Assembly (NCBI GenBank): GCA_052327205.1
Contig: CM126205.1
Span: 245,644,001-245,708,000 of the forward strand
Length of the DNA stretch: 64,000 bases
Source: Somniosus microcephalus
Lineage: Eukaryota
Direction: 5' to 3'
Positions 11,885 through 22,886 of this stretch are shown piece after piece. Numbering within the stretch: the stretch's first letter is position 1; the number at the start of each line of letters is the position of its first letter. The notes under the pieces are model-generated. The model was given only the letters and a program-made list of their open reading frames with translations, ran no database searches and had not been told where the DNA came from. The translations under genes and the position numbers were made by a program.

Positions 11885-14800
11885 TACGGACCAAATTGAT
11901 GTAAATATAAGTATAAATAAACGTTCCGCATTTTATTTGAAAAGTGTGGCAGTAAATACTGTAAAATTTTATTTATTGTCATATATTGGCATTATTTAGC
12001 GAACATAATTGAAGTTTTAGACAATTTCTATAAAAAAAATGAAGGTATTTATTTCAACGTTATTTTGGTCAGAGCCATTTTCTTTCATTGTTTTATGTTC
12101 TCAGCGAAGTTCAGCATAAACTCCCCACTGTCTGTTGGTGAATCCTGTGGAGAACCGTGGCTGGGAAATCTGCTTCCAACATATAAAATTCCGTTTATTT
12201 TGCTTTGACTATTAAAATTGATCTTTTTCCCTTGCTGGTATCTTTTTGTTTGATGTTTTAAACTGGTATTTGGGTTACTGAAAATAACATGTAGCATTTA
12301 TTGTTTAAAATATTTGCAGGATGTTATTCTGAATGATCTTCGGCTCATAAAGTGATTCAGAAACTGAAGCAGTAATAATAATTTCGGTTGAAAATCAAAA
12401 CCATGGGTAATACTTAACATTTTATTAACTACAGAAATAATTGCCAACATTCACTATGAAGTATTAGTAATAATTTTCTTTTGCACAATCTGTTACATAT
12501 TTTTCTAATTACAACTCGAAGGTTTTCTTAAACATGACCAGTTTTGGTTTATATGCACCTTAAACTTGTAGACTAGCGGACCACTCAGGTTGCGTAACAC
12601 ATTACATGCAAAGCAACTCGATGCAATTTGAGCTGTAAGCATAGTAATATCGATATTCCAAAACACACAAGCATCTACTTAAAGGGATTTATTCCAAAAA
12701 TCGTTAATGACAATAGATACATTTTTTAAAAAGTTGATAAAATATATATCCAGCTAACAATATTCATTAAAGTGAGATTGACTATGGTTCAGGTTATATG
12801 AGTCCCGTTTGAATACACATTATCGTAAACATGTCGTTTTTGTCAAACGTAATGGCCGATATTAATACCTGAATGAAACCAGATTACACGCCACAAAATG
12901 CTTACTATTTTTTCTCCCAACTGGAAACCAAGTATTATCAACCCCTAACTATCCAAGTATCAACAAACTATATTACTCTTCATACGTATTTGAAAATGAA
13001 TCCTAGACAGTTGCTAAAACTAGATCAAAATGTACTTGTAATATTTCAGATATACAGAGATATTAACCTTGCACGTAAAATGCACCTAGGAGTAAAATAG
13101 ATTTAATCTGTCAACAATAATCAGGGTAACGAAATACGTCTTTAATCTAATGTTATTAGCAAACAATGAATCACTTGATGCTGCGAATGTCTCCTACCTC
13201 ACCTTTTGCGCGTATGTTCCAGTTGGAACTACTAAAGTAATTTACTGCTTTGCAAGTAAGTATCTTGTAGGCAACGCAACACAAATATTTCAACAGTTTC
13301 AAAGTCCTGTCTATCTGAAGAGAATATAGCAATATTTATAAAAGGCAGTTGCTTAATTAAAAAACAGTTGTTAAATGTTCTTTAAATAGTATAAACGTCC
13401 TTTGCACAATAAACACAATCGAACGCGCCATATTGTCTGTTGGAGTAGGGCAGAGAATGCATATAAAGCAACACGTCACGCTAAAATTCATCCTGTAGAA
13501 TTATTGCATTTAAAAAAAGAAAATTTCAGGTTCCGATCCCAGCTCCTCCATATGAGTACAAGGGAATGTATCTGGGGACTGATAGTAGGTGCTCAGATTC
13601 TTATGGATTAGATATTCTATATAAAAATGAATATATCTGTACCGGTCCAAACCAATCCCACATCAGAAGAATTTCACTTGCAGACATAAAATCTATTAAT
13701 GAACAGAAAGAGTATTATGTTGACGTGTCTGGAATTCAAATGCAGTTAAAATGCAAAATGTATGCTTCTGCTACTGAATTAGAATGGTATGTTATGCAAA
13801 TATGCTTCTACTATTTATTCAAAAATTTCAGAATTTCGTCAAGCAAAGAGCGGACGCTATGGTCTGGAGAGCAATATAAAAGTATTCAAGAGACTCTCAC
13901 CCCCGTGTCTTGTTCAACTTGAGAGTGGTATAGAGAAAAAATAAATTCTACTGCCTGGTTTGTAAGATGAACTACCTCGAACATTCAAATTGTTTGGACA
14001 ATATATCGTTCTTGTCCCTAATTATTTAAACACACATCCGAGTGCACTACTAAGTTTAACAACATGTTATAGGCTCTTGTCTCTGTTAAATCTTTCACTA
14101 CTGGAACTGCGATTTTATCACGATCTGCAATGTTCCTGAAAAAAGTTTGGCACAAATATATTTACTTCTCTACTAATCCATCGCCCTTGGTGTTGTACAG
14201 CAGGAGTCAAGAGCAAGTGCAGTCTTCAAGTGTAACGGGATTACAGGGCAGTGGACCAGGGCGGGCAGACATAATTCTGTCTTCATTTTAAAGTAACACA
14301 TTTTTAAATTCCTATCTCCTCACTTACAATGGAAACTGATTATGTAAACTTGTCACACTGCGATTATCACTTCCCACCAGTGGTGGCGCTGCCTGCACAA
14401 TTGGCAGGAGGGTCTAATTCCAAGGTGACAAGTTGGCAAAGGCAGTTTCCATTATAAAGATGGACATAGGGATTTATAATGGAAAAAGACAGGAAGAGTC
14501 CACAAGAGGTATATATTCTTTAATTGCTATTTCTCCATTATTTCTCTGTAAACGTTGCTCTACAACAATTATTGTGTTTGATTGCTTAACATGTTGATTA
14601 TATTCCACACGTTCTTGAAGAAAGTAAGTCTTAACGTTTTCTGTTTCGATAATGGTCCTACAAAGGATTATAATCAGGTGGACTTAAAACAGAAATCCCA
14701 TGGCACTATTCGAAGAAAGCAGGAAGTTCTCCTGCTGCCCTGGCCGACATTTCCCCCTCGACCAACACCACCAAATATACCTTATCTGATTATTCATTCG

Positions 14801-16064
14801 TTTGCTGTTTTATAGGATCTTGCTGTGCCCAAATTAGCAGTTGCTTTCCTACATAAAATGGCTGCACTTCAAAACTGAATTCAATGGTCGTAAAGTGTTT
14901 TGGGCAGTGACAAAGTGCTATATAAATGCAATTTAAACAAATCAAATGCAATATTTGCCAGTATTTTTGATCTTCAGTCATGCACTTGAAAATTGTAGCA
15001 TTTGAGAAATATTGATTAGACTGATTCTAATTGTAAGTAACTAATGACTAACAATTTTCGTTCTGATTACTATGAAGCTTGCTATACCTTTAAGACATTT
15101 TTTGGTTATGTACAAAAGATATCGGAATGTGGTGTTTAAAATTAAAAGCATACTTTTGTTCACCCTATGCATTGTAGTTAAGAGATTTTGACAGGTGTGC
15201 AACACTCGCTCAAAATATGCATGGTCCTTACAACTTCCCCAATCTTTAGGGAAGCTGTATGCAGGTAAATGATAGCAACATTGCTTTATTACCTGTAGTA
15301 AGATAATCTGGAGGACTGCTAATGATGGTTATGTTTTTTTTTTGCCGTTTGTGCCTTTTGCTTTCAGTTGTTTGTATTGACGATGGTCCGAAGACAGTAC
15401 TGGAAATTATGCATTCAAAGTCCAGAAACACACCTTTTGCAACAAAGAAATCGTCAACGCGGTAGCAAATGGGAGCCGATGGGTCTAGCGCCAACTGGAA
15501 GCAGATTTCTGTTCTCATTAATTTTACACACCAGGTCCTCGAGCTGATTCTGACTCTGAAGCATCAATAAATATATTGTCATTATAACAATTAAATACTC
15601 TGGACTGAAAAATATACAGGGGCAACAGAAAAAACACTTTACATATTAACAGGTAACAGACTCAGAAGAGGTCCTCAGATTTGAATAACATGGACTGATT
15701 GCACTTGAACAGCATTGGTCTGTTTGGCTGACCAATGTTCTAGGTATTCTACAATAAAACAAGGCATTGGGTTCCAATATAATTTATTGTAGTATTACAC
15801 ATGAAACATTCAGCAACTAGTTCATGCTTTTGAGCTAAATAATACATAGCAGAATCACAGCATTGCTCCCCCGTGACCCCCGCAATGAAACACCTATTCA
15901 AGTGTAAAGTATACTTTCGTTTAGGAAACCAGTGTGCGATTATCGGCAAATCAACGGGGAACTGTACAACTTTTTAAAACTGCAGACATGAAGAGAATAG
16001 CAAATACACAATGAAACATTGAGGAAACCGTCATGAAGTAAAATCGAAAGCTAGATAGAGAGTT

Positions 16065-16088
16065 ATAGATAGATAGATAGATAGATAG
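16065..16088. repeat. (GATA)n microsatellite
   Basis: Visible tagatagata run. Confidence 0.85.
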
Positions 16089-16879
16089 TAATCCTTTGTA
16101 TATTATAATCTAAATATAACCATAGATTTTTTATTTTGTAGCGTTGCAGTTTAAATGCGCTTATCAGCACACGTTTGTCGCCAATCAATAAATACTGGCA
16201 TATTCCCATTGCATCCAAGCTATGTGTTTTGACTAAAGCCTGTGAAATAATCCCTTTTTGCAAAAAAAAGTAAGAAAAATGTTTTGATTGCACATTTCAA
16301 TCCAATGTTACGGAAGTAGGGGCTTCACAAAGTTGACAATTTTATTAAAATATAACACATAATTATTTTGTACAATTATAAGTGTTCCAAATCATTTCAA
16401 ATTTGAAAATAGGAAATTAACTACTTTATTTACTATTCATGAAGCAATTTCCTCTGCAATCTATACTAATGTAATCATTATTTAAACAGTAAAGATAATC
16501 TTTAGAAAATCATTTATGTACCAATTATAACTAGTCATATATATAATAAATGGTATACGGGTATTAATCACTTCAGAAAATCAAGCTGAACATTTCCTTT
16601 AAGAATTAAATTCGACTCATAGTATAAATATTTCTTGTTTGCCACCTTTAGTAGAATCAACCCGTTAATAGCATTTAACACAGAAAACTAGATCCCACAA
16701 TATTGTAAGGTAAAACATTTTGCACTCATGCAGCTGTAAAAAAAATTGAAGAAAGAATAACACGTTAAACAATCTGCGTGCATGTATATCTGAAAAGAGG
16801 TGACTGTGTCACTACAGGTCAAAATCCAATTTTTGTAACTGTCAAAAGCCATTCTTCCTTTCAGTGGAAGTATTCTATT

Positions 16880-18624
16880 TCACAGTCCGGGACAACTTGG
16901 ATTTGCCGGTTGCTGTACACGAAGAAGCTTTTTCTCTTTCTGTCGCTGGTTTTGGAACCATATTTTTACCTGAAAAGTAGACAGATAATTTTAAAACAGA
17001 AGATGGCTAATATAAAGTGACGCGGTTTAAGGTCCTATGGGACTAAATGCGCCCACCTGTTGACAATGAAGACAGACAGCATTGCCAGGCAGGTATTTCA
17101 CTTTCTGTTCTGTAAAAGTGGGAAGGCGGTTCTCTTACCTGCCTTTCTGTTAAGCCTAACTTGAACGAAATATTTAATCGGACTTCAGGAGTGAGGAATC
17201 GATTCTTTTCAAAAGCCTTTTCCAGTTCGGCGATTTGCTGTTTGCTGTAAGGAATTCTTTTTTTTCTTTGTCTGTGTACTGGGTTCTGCGACGTTGACCA
17301 TTGCGATGTAAAGCCCAGTGCTGAGCAAACACATATACCCATCAATATGTTTAGTCACCTCGGCCAAAATAGTTGAAATTCATGCCAACATGTATTTTAC
17401 CTACACATAACGTCTTCTTGTATATACTAAACAGCCGAGACTGTCGTTGAACGTCACTTATTTTAATTCATGTGAGTTCAAAACATCTTCAAAAAATTAA
17501 CATAGCAGAGTGACGAGAATTAATATCAAACATATTCATATTTATTTATACACTTAGGTTCTCATGTTCCTCCCCCTTGTATATTTGAATCCATAAGGCA
17601 CTTTATCCAAAGTAAATGATTTTCAGTTGAAGTGGGTATGCTTCTTGTTTTGTTATTTTTGTATATTTTGTGTACAAAGTGCATATGTTGATTTGATCTC
17701 TGAAACGTTTCAGTGAAAAATAGATACGAAGCTATTGAATGAAAACGAACTAACATTGATAGATCACTTTCTGTAGGTAAATTATTCGTGTTGAATCGAC
17801 CTCGTACGAATTGTAACCTTCTTTAAGAAAAGAGAAGTATCTTAGCTCTGCTAGAATTTGGTGGACATGTTTTTCTAAAATTATATGTAAAAATTAAATG
17901 CCCTATAATTTACAGTCAAGGTAAAATAAACACAGTCGAAAACGAAATTAAAATCACCTGTGTGTTGCTATAAGACACAGAAATACTAAGCTTGCCTTTT
18001 GAACATATATTAAAAACCTTATCGCAACCCCTAACCGTGTTACCTAACACCGAACGACAGGTATAAAATATATTTGAATATATGATCAGACCAACCTAAA
18101 TGCCTTGAGACACTGGGCATTGCAGTGTTGAATGTTCCTCCTGAAAAGGGTGCTCCGTAGCACTGCGATTGGCTAAAGGCAGACATGCCCAGATTGTTGG
18201 GATCTGTCTGGGTCTGGACAGGTGCAGCCCGGGGATATTCCAAAGGCCAATGCTGATAAATTGAAGAGCTTGTAGGGTATTCACCTCTGGTACAGGGGTT
18301 GTGCCGGTAGCTACTAAACGAAGATATATGACTGTCACTTTGAAGCTGGTTTGCAGGGAATCGACGTGCCTCAGGTGACACAGCAACTATCTCCCGATCT
18401 GCACTTCCATGCGATCCACAAGTCGAAATGTCTTCGGAGTACAAACCGTGGCACGTTCCACTTGCTGTCGTTTTCAAAGGCGATGGGGACATAGCAGAAG
18501 AAATTCCAAAGTTACTGGAAAGTACTGGTATCATTTCCATAGGCCGCACTCCATTTTGCAGTATTCCTGTTTTATCGCTAGATGTCTCTAACGTCAGTTT
18601 GTGCTGCAGCGAACTCGAATCCAT
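16880..18624 (-). CDS. hoxd14: Homeobox protein HoxD14; complement(join(16880..16969,17139..17320,18096..18624)), 266 aa
   Basis: Homeodomain [44 protein letters not shown]|VKIWFQNQRQKEKKLL with the PG14 hallmark WFQNQR and an intron between residues 44 and 45. All four splice sites are GT-AG and in phase (1, 0). ATG in aagATGG context with an in-frame TAG 15 nt upstream. Lies between HoxD13 and Evx2. Exon 3 is absent from the ORF track. Confidence 0.93.
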
Positions 18625-21205
18625 CTTATAGCTGTGCTAAATGATTATGTTCACTCCAGCCACTTGCAAATATAATCCCCCTGATATTTTTCTGTCACTG
18701 CTTGCCAGTGTAAATTCTTCTTTGTTCCAAATATTGAGAACGATATGCGTGTGTGGGCACTGAGCAAATACGTTAACTTCCACCTCCCAGAAATGGAACT
18801 AGGCTATCCATTAAGTGCACGTACTACACCCTGGTCCAAACTACCTGATCTTTTTATTGCTGTAACTCTACTACAGTTGGTAAATAAAACACAGTGTGGA
18901 CTCTTTGCAAATTAAACTTTGTGAACAAACGTCAAGGACACGACTGCATTACAGAATGACACACTTGTACTGTAGCTATCATACTGTTGACCCAAGGTCA
19001 ATGCTGAGTTTTGTGTGCATTTTGTATCAGCTTCCTCTTCCAGCTTTTCTTTGTATGACCTTTCCATGGTGATTTGGATACCTAGATTTGTAAAGTGCGT
19101 TTAATTTTTTTTTAACTCAAGCGCCAGAATGGAGCAATAATTTAGTAGAACCGTGAACTGTAATCTGGAATAAACCTTCGTGACATTACAACTTGCGTCA
19201 GACAAAAAGCATTAAAGGAGCTTTTATTGCCTGCTATAACCCTTAACGCTCCAGAATTACACCTCGCGGTACCTGCATTAGACGATCGAACAAATATTTA
19301 GTCTATTGCCGTAAAACTTCTTTGAGCTAAAGAGAACTACTGCTGTGCACAGAAACGTGGTGTAATCTGTCTATTTATCGTTTTAAAACCAATTGTGTGA
19401 CTTTTTGGTCTAATTAAAACTTTCCCTTGACACAGTATTAAAAGTCATTAAAACATAAATGATGGAAATCATGGATTTTGAAATTGTGCAACCCATTTTC
19501 CAAGTGAATGCCCTTGCCACTATCATTTCTTTGTATTGTGTTTAACACTACCCTGTTCAGTTTCATTAATCAGTATGATGTCAACGTCGACGAGAATTGA
19601 CATAATTCTACAGTCTTTCAATCTGTCGCCAGTTAACCATCAGCTAGTTATAAAGAGGTTCAGCATTCAGTATTCAAACGGATTTTCAACAGACTAAAGG
19701 TTATGAGATAGATGTTGTGAAAATGTTAAATTCGGTCTTCAGTTTTTTCTCATCACTTGCCCTCGCTAGGAATAAATCTTTCAAGACACCCATGTCAATT
19801 GTTCACTAGCTAGCTAACTGTTATTACCCACAAAATAGCAATACAAAACTCCAGAGGTCAGTTTTATTAAGAATTTAAATACAAATCAATGCATACATTT
19901 ATCCTTTGTAGCAATATTTTCAAATTGTGTTGATGGAAAATAATTGATCAACAAGTTAACTCATACGGATAACAGCGCGTGTTTCACTTTTAACTTGGCT
20001 CCTAAAATATTATTTTCAAAAGCCGCTGGCTCTCAGAGAAATTAACTTTTTGGATCAGCAATGAAAGTAATGTAACTGTTAAAATCAAAGGAAACGGATG
20101 AGGGCGCCAGAGGACAGATATTTCGAGCGAGTGCAGTTAATCTCGATTCCATTCATCTTTGTTTATCTAATATCTCCACTCAAAAATACTGCAAAGCTTC
20201 ACAATTAATTCATCATACCATCCATTCATTTTGATTGGTGGACGACAGATAATATTATTAAACAAGGTTCAAAATCAAGCACGAATAACATTGCATCAAT
20301 CTCTCAAAAATCCTTGTTCGCAGGAATGTTGTATTCGTATCATTGATATAAGCTTTTTAATTTTTGAGGTAACGTTCCGAACAAATGAGCTGTTTCGAGG
20401 ATTCGAAATGTTATTATGTTTGCTAACCATTAGACATATTTGCTAACTTGTGGTCAAACCATTTCCTACAATGACAAAAATGTTTATCGCTTTAGACCTG
20501 TGACTTTTCCTACGCCAGCAATTTAAACACGGTATTTATGATGTTTTGCAACTTGTATTCATTTTTTATTGGAAAACAATAACATTAAAAATGGTGTCTC
20601 TAGTACTTTACAGAAGCCGCTGTTGTTGCACAAGACCCTTGGGAAGAAAACATAATTTTCACTGTGCAACTTTTAATATCACCTTTTAATGCATTTTCTT
20701 AACCACAATTAACATTAATCGCTTATGTCTTCCCATAAATCGTAGCAATATTATTGCCATTTTCCATTAACTTTATTTTCGACATTTATTGTCCAGTTAT
20801 ATTTTGTCTAAATGCCGAAATTAGCGTAAATACTGACTACAATGGTATGAATATGACAATTTATTACAGGTTATAAACTGGAAGAAGAAAATACTCGGAA
20901 TATATATAAATATATATATGACAGGGCGTTACTGTTTTTATTCTACGGCATAGGGGACTGTACTAATTAAACCTTTTAGCAGCAATGATATAGGTTCCGT
21001 CTATGCATTATTTAATATTAATTAAGCCTCTCGAACGCTTTTGCTACATTGTCATTTCCCATAAGGGGTTCTCGTTAGAAACTATTCTGTGATATCCACA
21101 CTGAATATCAGTTCTGCTTTAATTTCACGCGTGTATTTCGCAACTTAGCTCAAAGGTTTCGCTTCTCGTCGGTAAACATTGATTTTGAAAACCAAAGTAA
21201 CTACG

Positions 21206-21280
21206 GCGATGATGACAACAACAACAAATTCATCATCATTATCATCATCGCTATCAGCGTCATCATTACTACCACTATTA
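21206..21280. repeat. Compound trinucleotide low-complexity tract (GAT/CAA/CAT/CAC)
   Basis: Visible imperfect trinucleotide runs. Confidence 0.7.
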
Positions 21281-22499
21281 ACACCGAGAGTAGCTGGTCC
21301 ACACAGATTCTCCATCTTCCAAATCCTCTCTGGAATATTAAACTTCTAGCCGCAAATGTTGCTTAGCCTTACGTTATATCTGACCATGGACATGGGATAA
21401 ATTTGCAATAGCTACAGGTAACGGATTGACCTTTAGTAGTCGCTTGTTTCAAGCTAAATGTTTATCGGGCGGAGCTCAAATTGAGGCTAAAATAAATCTT
21501 AGCAGATTAATTTGAAGAATATATGTCAATAGTTTGGTTTTGAAAGAAAATAGCATGGAGAAAAATACTTTTTCATAACTTTTTGACCAAAGTATCTTTC
21601 TTTAATGTCCCTAACAATGTAAGCACAAATATGGTGTTTTACGTGAAATTAAATCGGCGATATAAATGCGTAACAGTCTTGGACAGAGAGGGAGAAAAGG
21701 AGAGATGCACACCCAGACAGCTAAACTGTTTCAAAACCATATTAAGTTATTACCTAAAATAAAGTACGATCCTATAAAGCACATCTCTCAAGAGGTGAAA
21801 GTGTTTCAAAAAATTTAAAAGAAAATAAAACTTTATTCAAATATATGCAATATATATCAGCGGAGAGGGCATTGCCCCTGTGTTGAGGTCTTATGATGTA
21901 CATTACAAGTCAAAGATACATTTCAGTGTTTAAACGTTTGAAAGATGCACCACAATAAACCAATGAAGGACATACTAAAGAAACTCCATACGTGTTATCC
22001 GAATATGTGCACTTTATAAAACGAGAAAGATAAAGAAAAGCAGCCATTAAAACTGGAGAAGACAGTTGTCTGCATTGGTGTATATAAAGAGAGATAAAAT
22101 CAGCAACAACAAGACGAGAGGCTGAGGGAGAAGATAGATATTAAAGAGAAAACGCAAATAAGGAAAGGAAAAGCCAGAATATTAAGGTGCGATTGCAAGA
22201 AATACGACTTCACATTGTCAACAAAAACACATTATGGCATTTCCATCCCAACTGACTAAATATGCTAAATATAATCATCTGAACTGAAGGAACAAAATTG
22301 TTAAACTTGGTACTTCTATTTACCTACAACGCTCGCCCGCGTTCAACCAAAAGTGTGATGAGAAAGATGCTATTATCAGAACCCGATAAGAACAGCAAAG
22401 CAAAATCAGAACATAATGATCTGGCTAAATGTACAGGGAAATGCTGTAATGTTCATTTTATTAATCAGACTGTCAATTTCACCCCAGAGGCCAAAACCC

Positions 22500-22886
22500 A
22501 GAGCATCCGGGCATGCGATCATCGGCTGAGGACAGGGGCTGTCCTCTAATTCTTCTCTACCTGGATGTATTTGCCTGTCGCTAGGCCGCCTTCATCATCC
22601 ACTGACAGACGCTTGTATTTATTTGCTTATAAACCTGTTACAATAAATGATTATTCGAACAGCGTCATTCGTACCTTAATGACGAGCACTAGTTTGATGA
22701 ATGACACATCGGGAGAAAGGAAGCACGGGTCATTTTGACCAGTCGTTCCCTCGCATTGACATAACACTTTTTCTTTGCACCAAAAAGATACATTTCGAGA
22801 CACTTGCGGGGCTGGATGTGAATTGGCCCCAGCTGCAGGATCATCATTAGTGTAGTATCAGCCTGCAACCTGCTCTCAGCTTCGGG
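22500..22886 (+). promoter_or_regulatory. Putative Evx2 promoter / 5' region
   Basis: CpG-enriched stretch directly upstream of the Evx2 ATG, with TATAAA near 22628 and inverted repeat CGTCATT-N8-AATGACG (22663-22684). Confidence 0.5.

Noticed and set aside
9014-16879. Possible extra Hox gene, Hox pseudogene or Hox microRNA in the long HoxD13-D14 spacer
   Set aside because: I saw no homeobox remnant and no miR-10 or miR-196 sequence; those miRNAs normally lie more 3' in Hox clusters. The short AT-rich ORFs there lack motifs.
18850-20575. TTTTATTG(C/G) Hox13/Cdx-type sites upstream of HoxD14
   Set aside because: Such words are too frequent in AT-rich DNA to support a claim by eye.
6372-21880. 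Additional CTCF-like words (~6373, ~10680, 15485-15501 minus, ~17050 minus, ~20094, ~21859)
   Set aside because: Each has three or more mismatches or an indel against the core consensus; cannot be separated from background without a PWM scan or ChIP.
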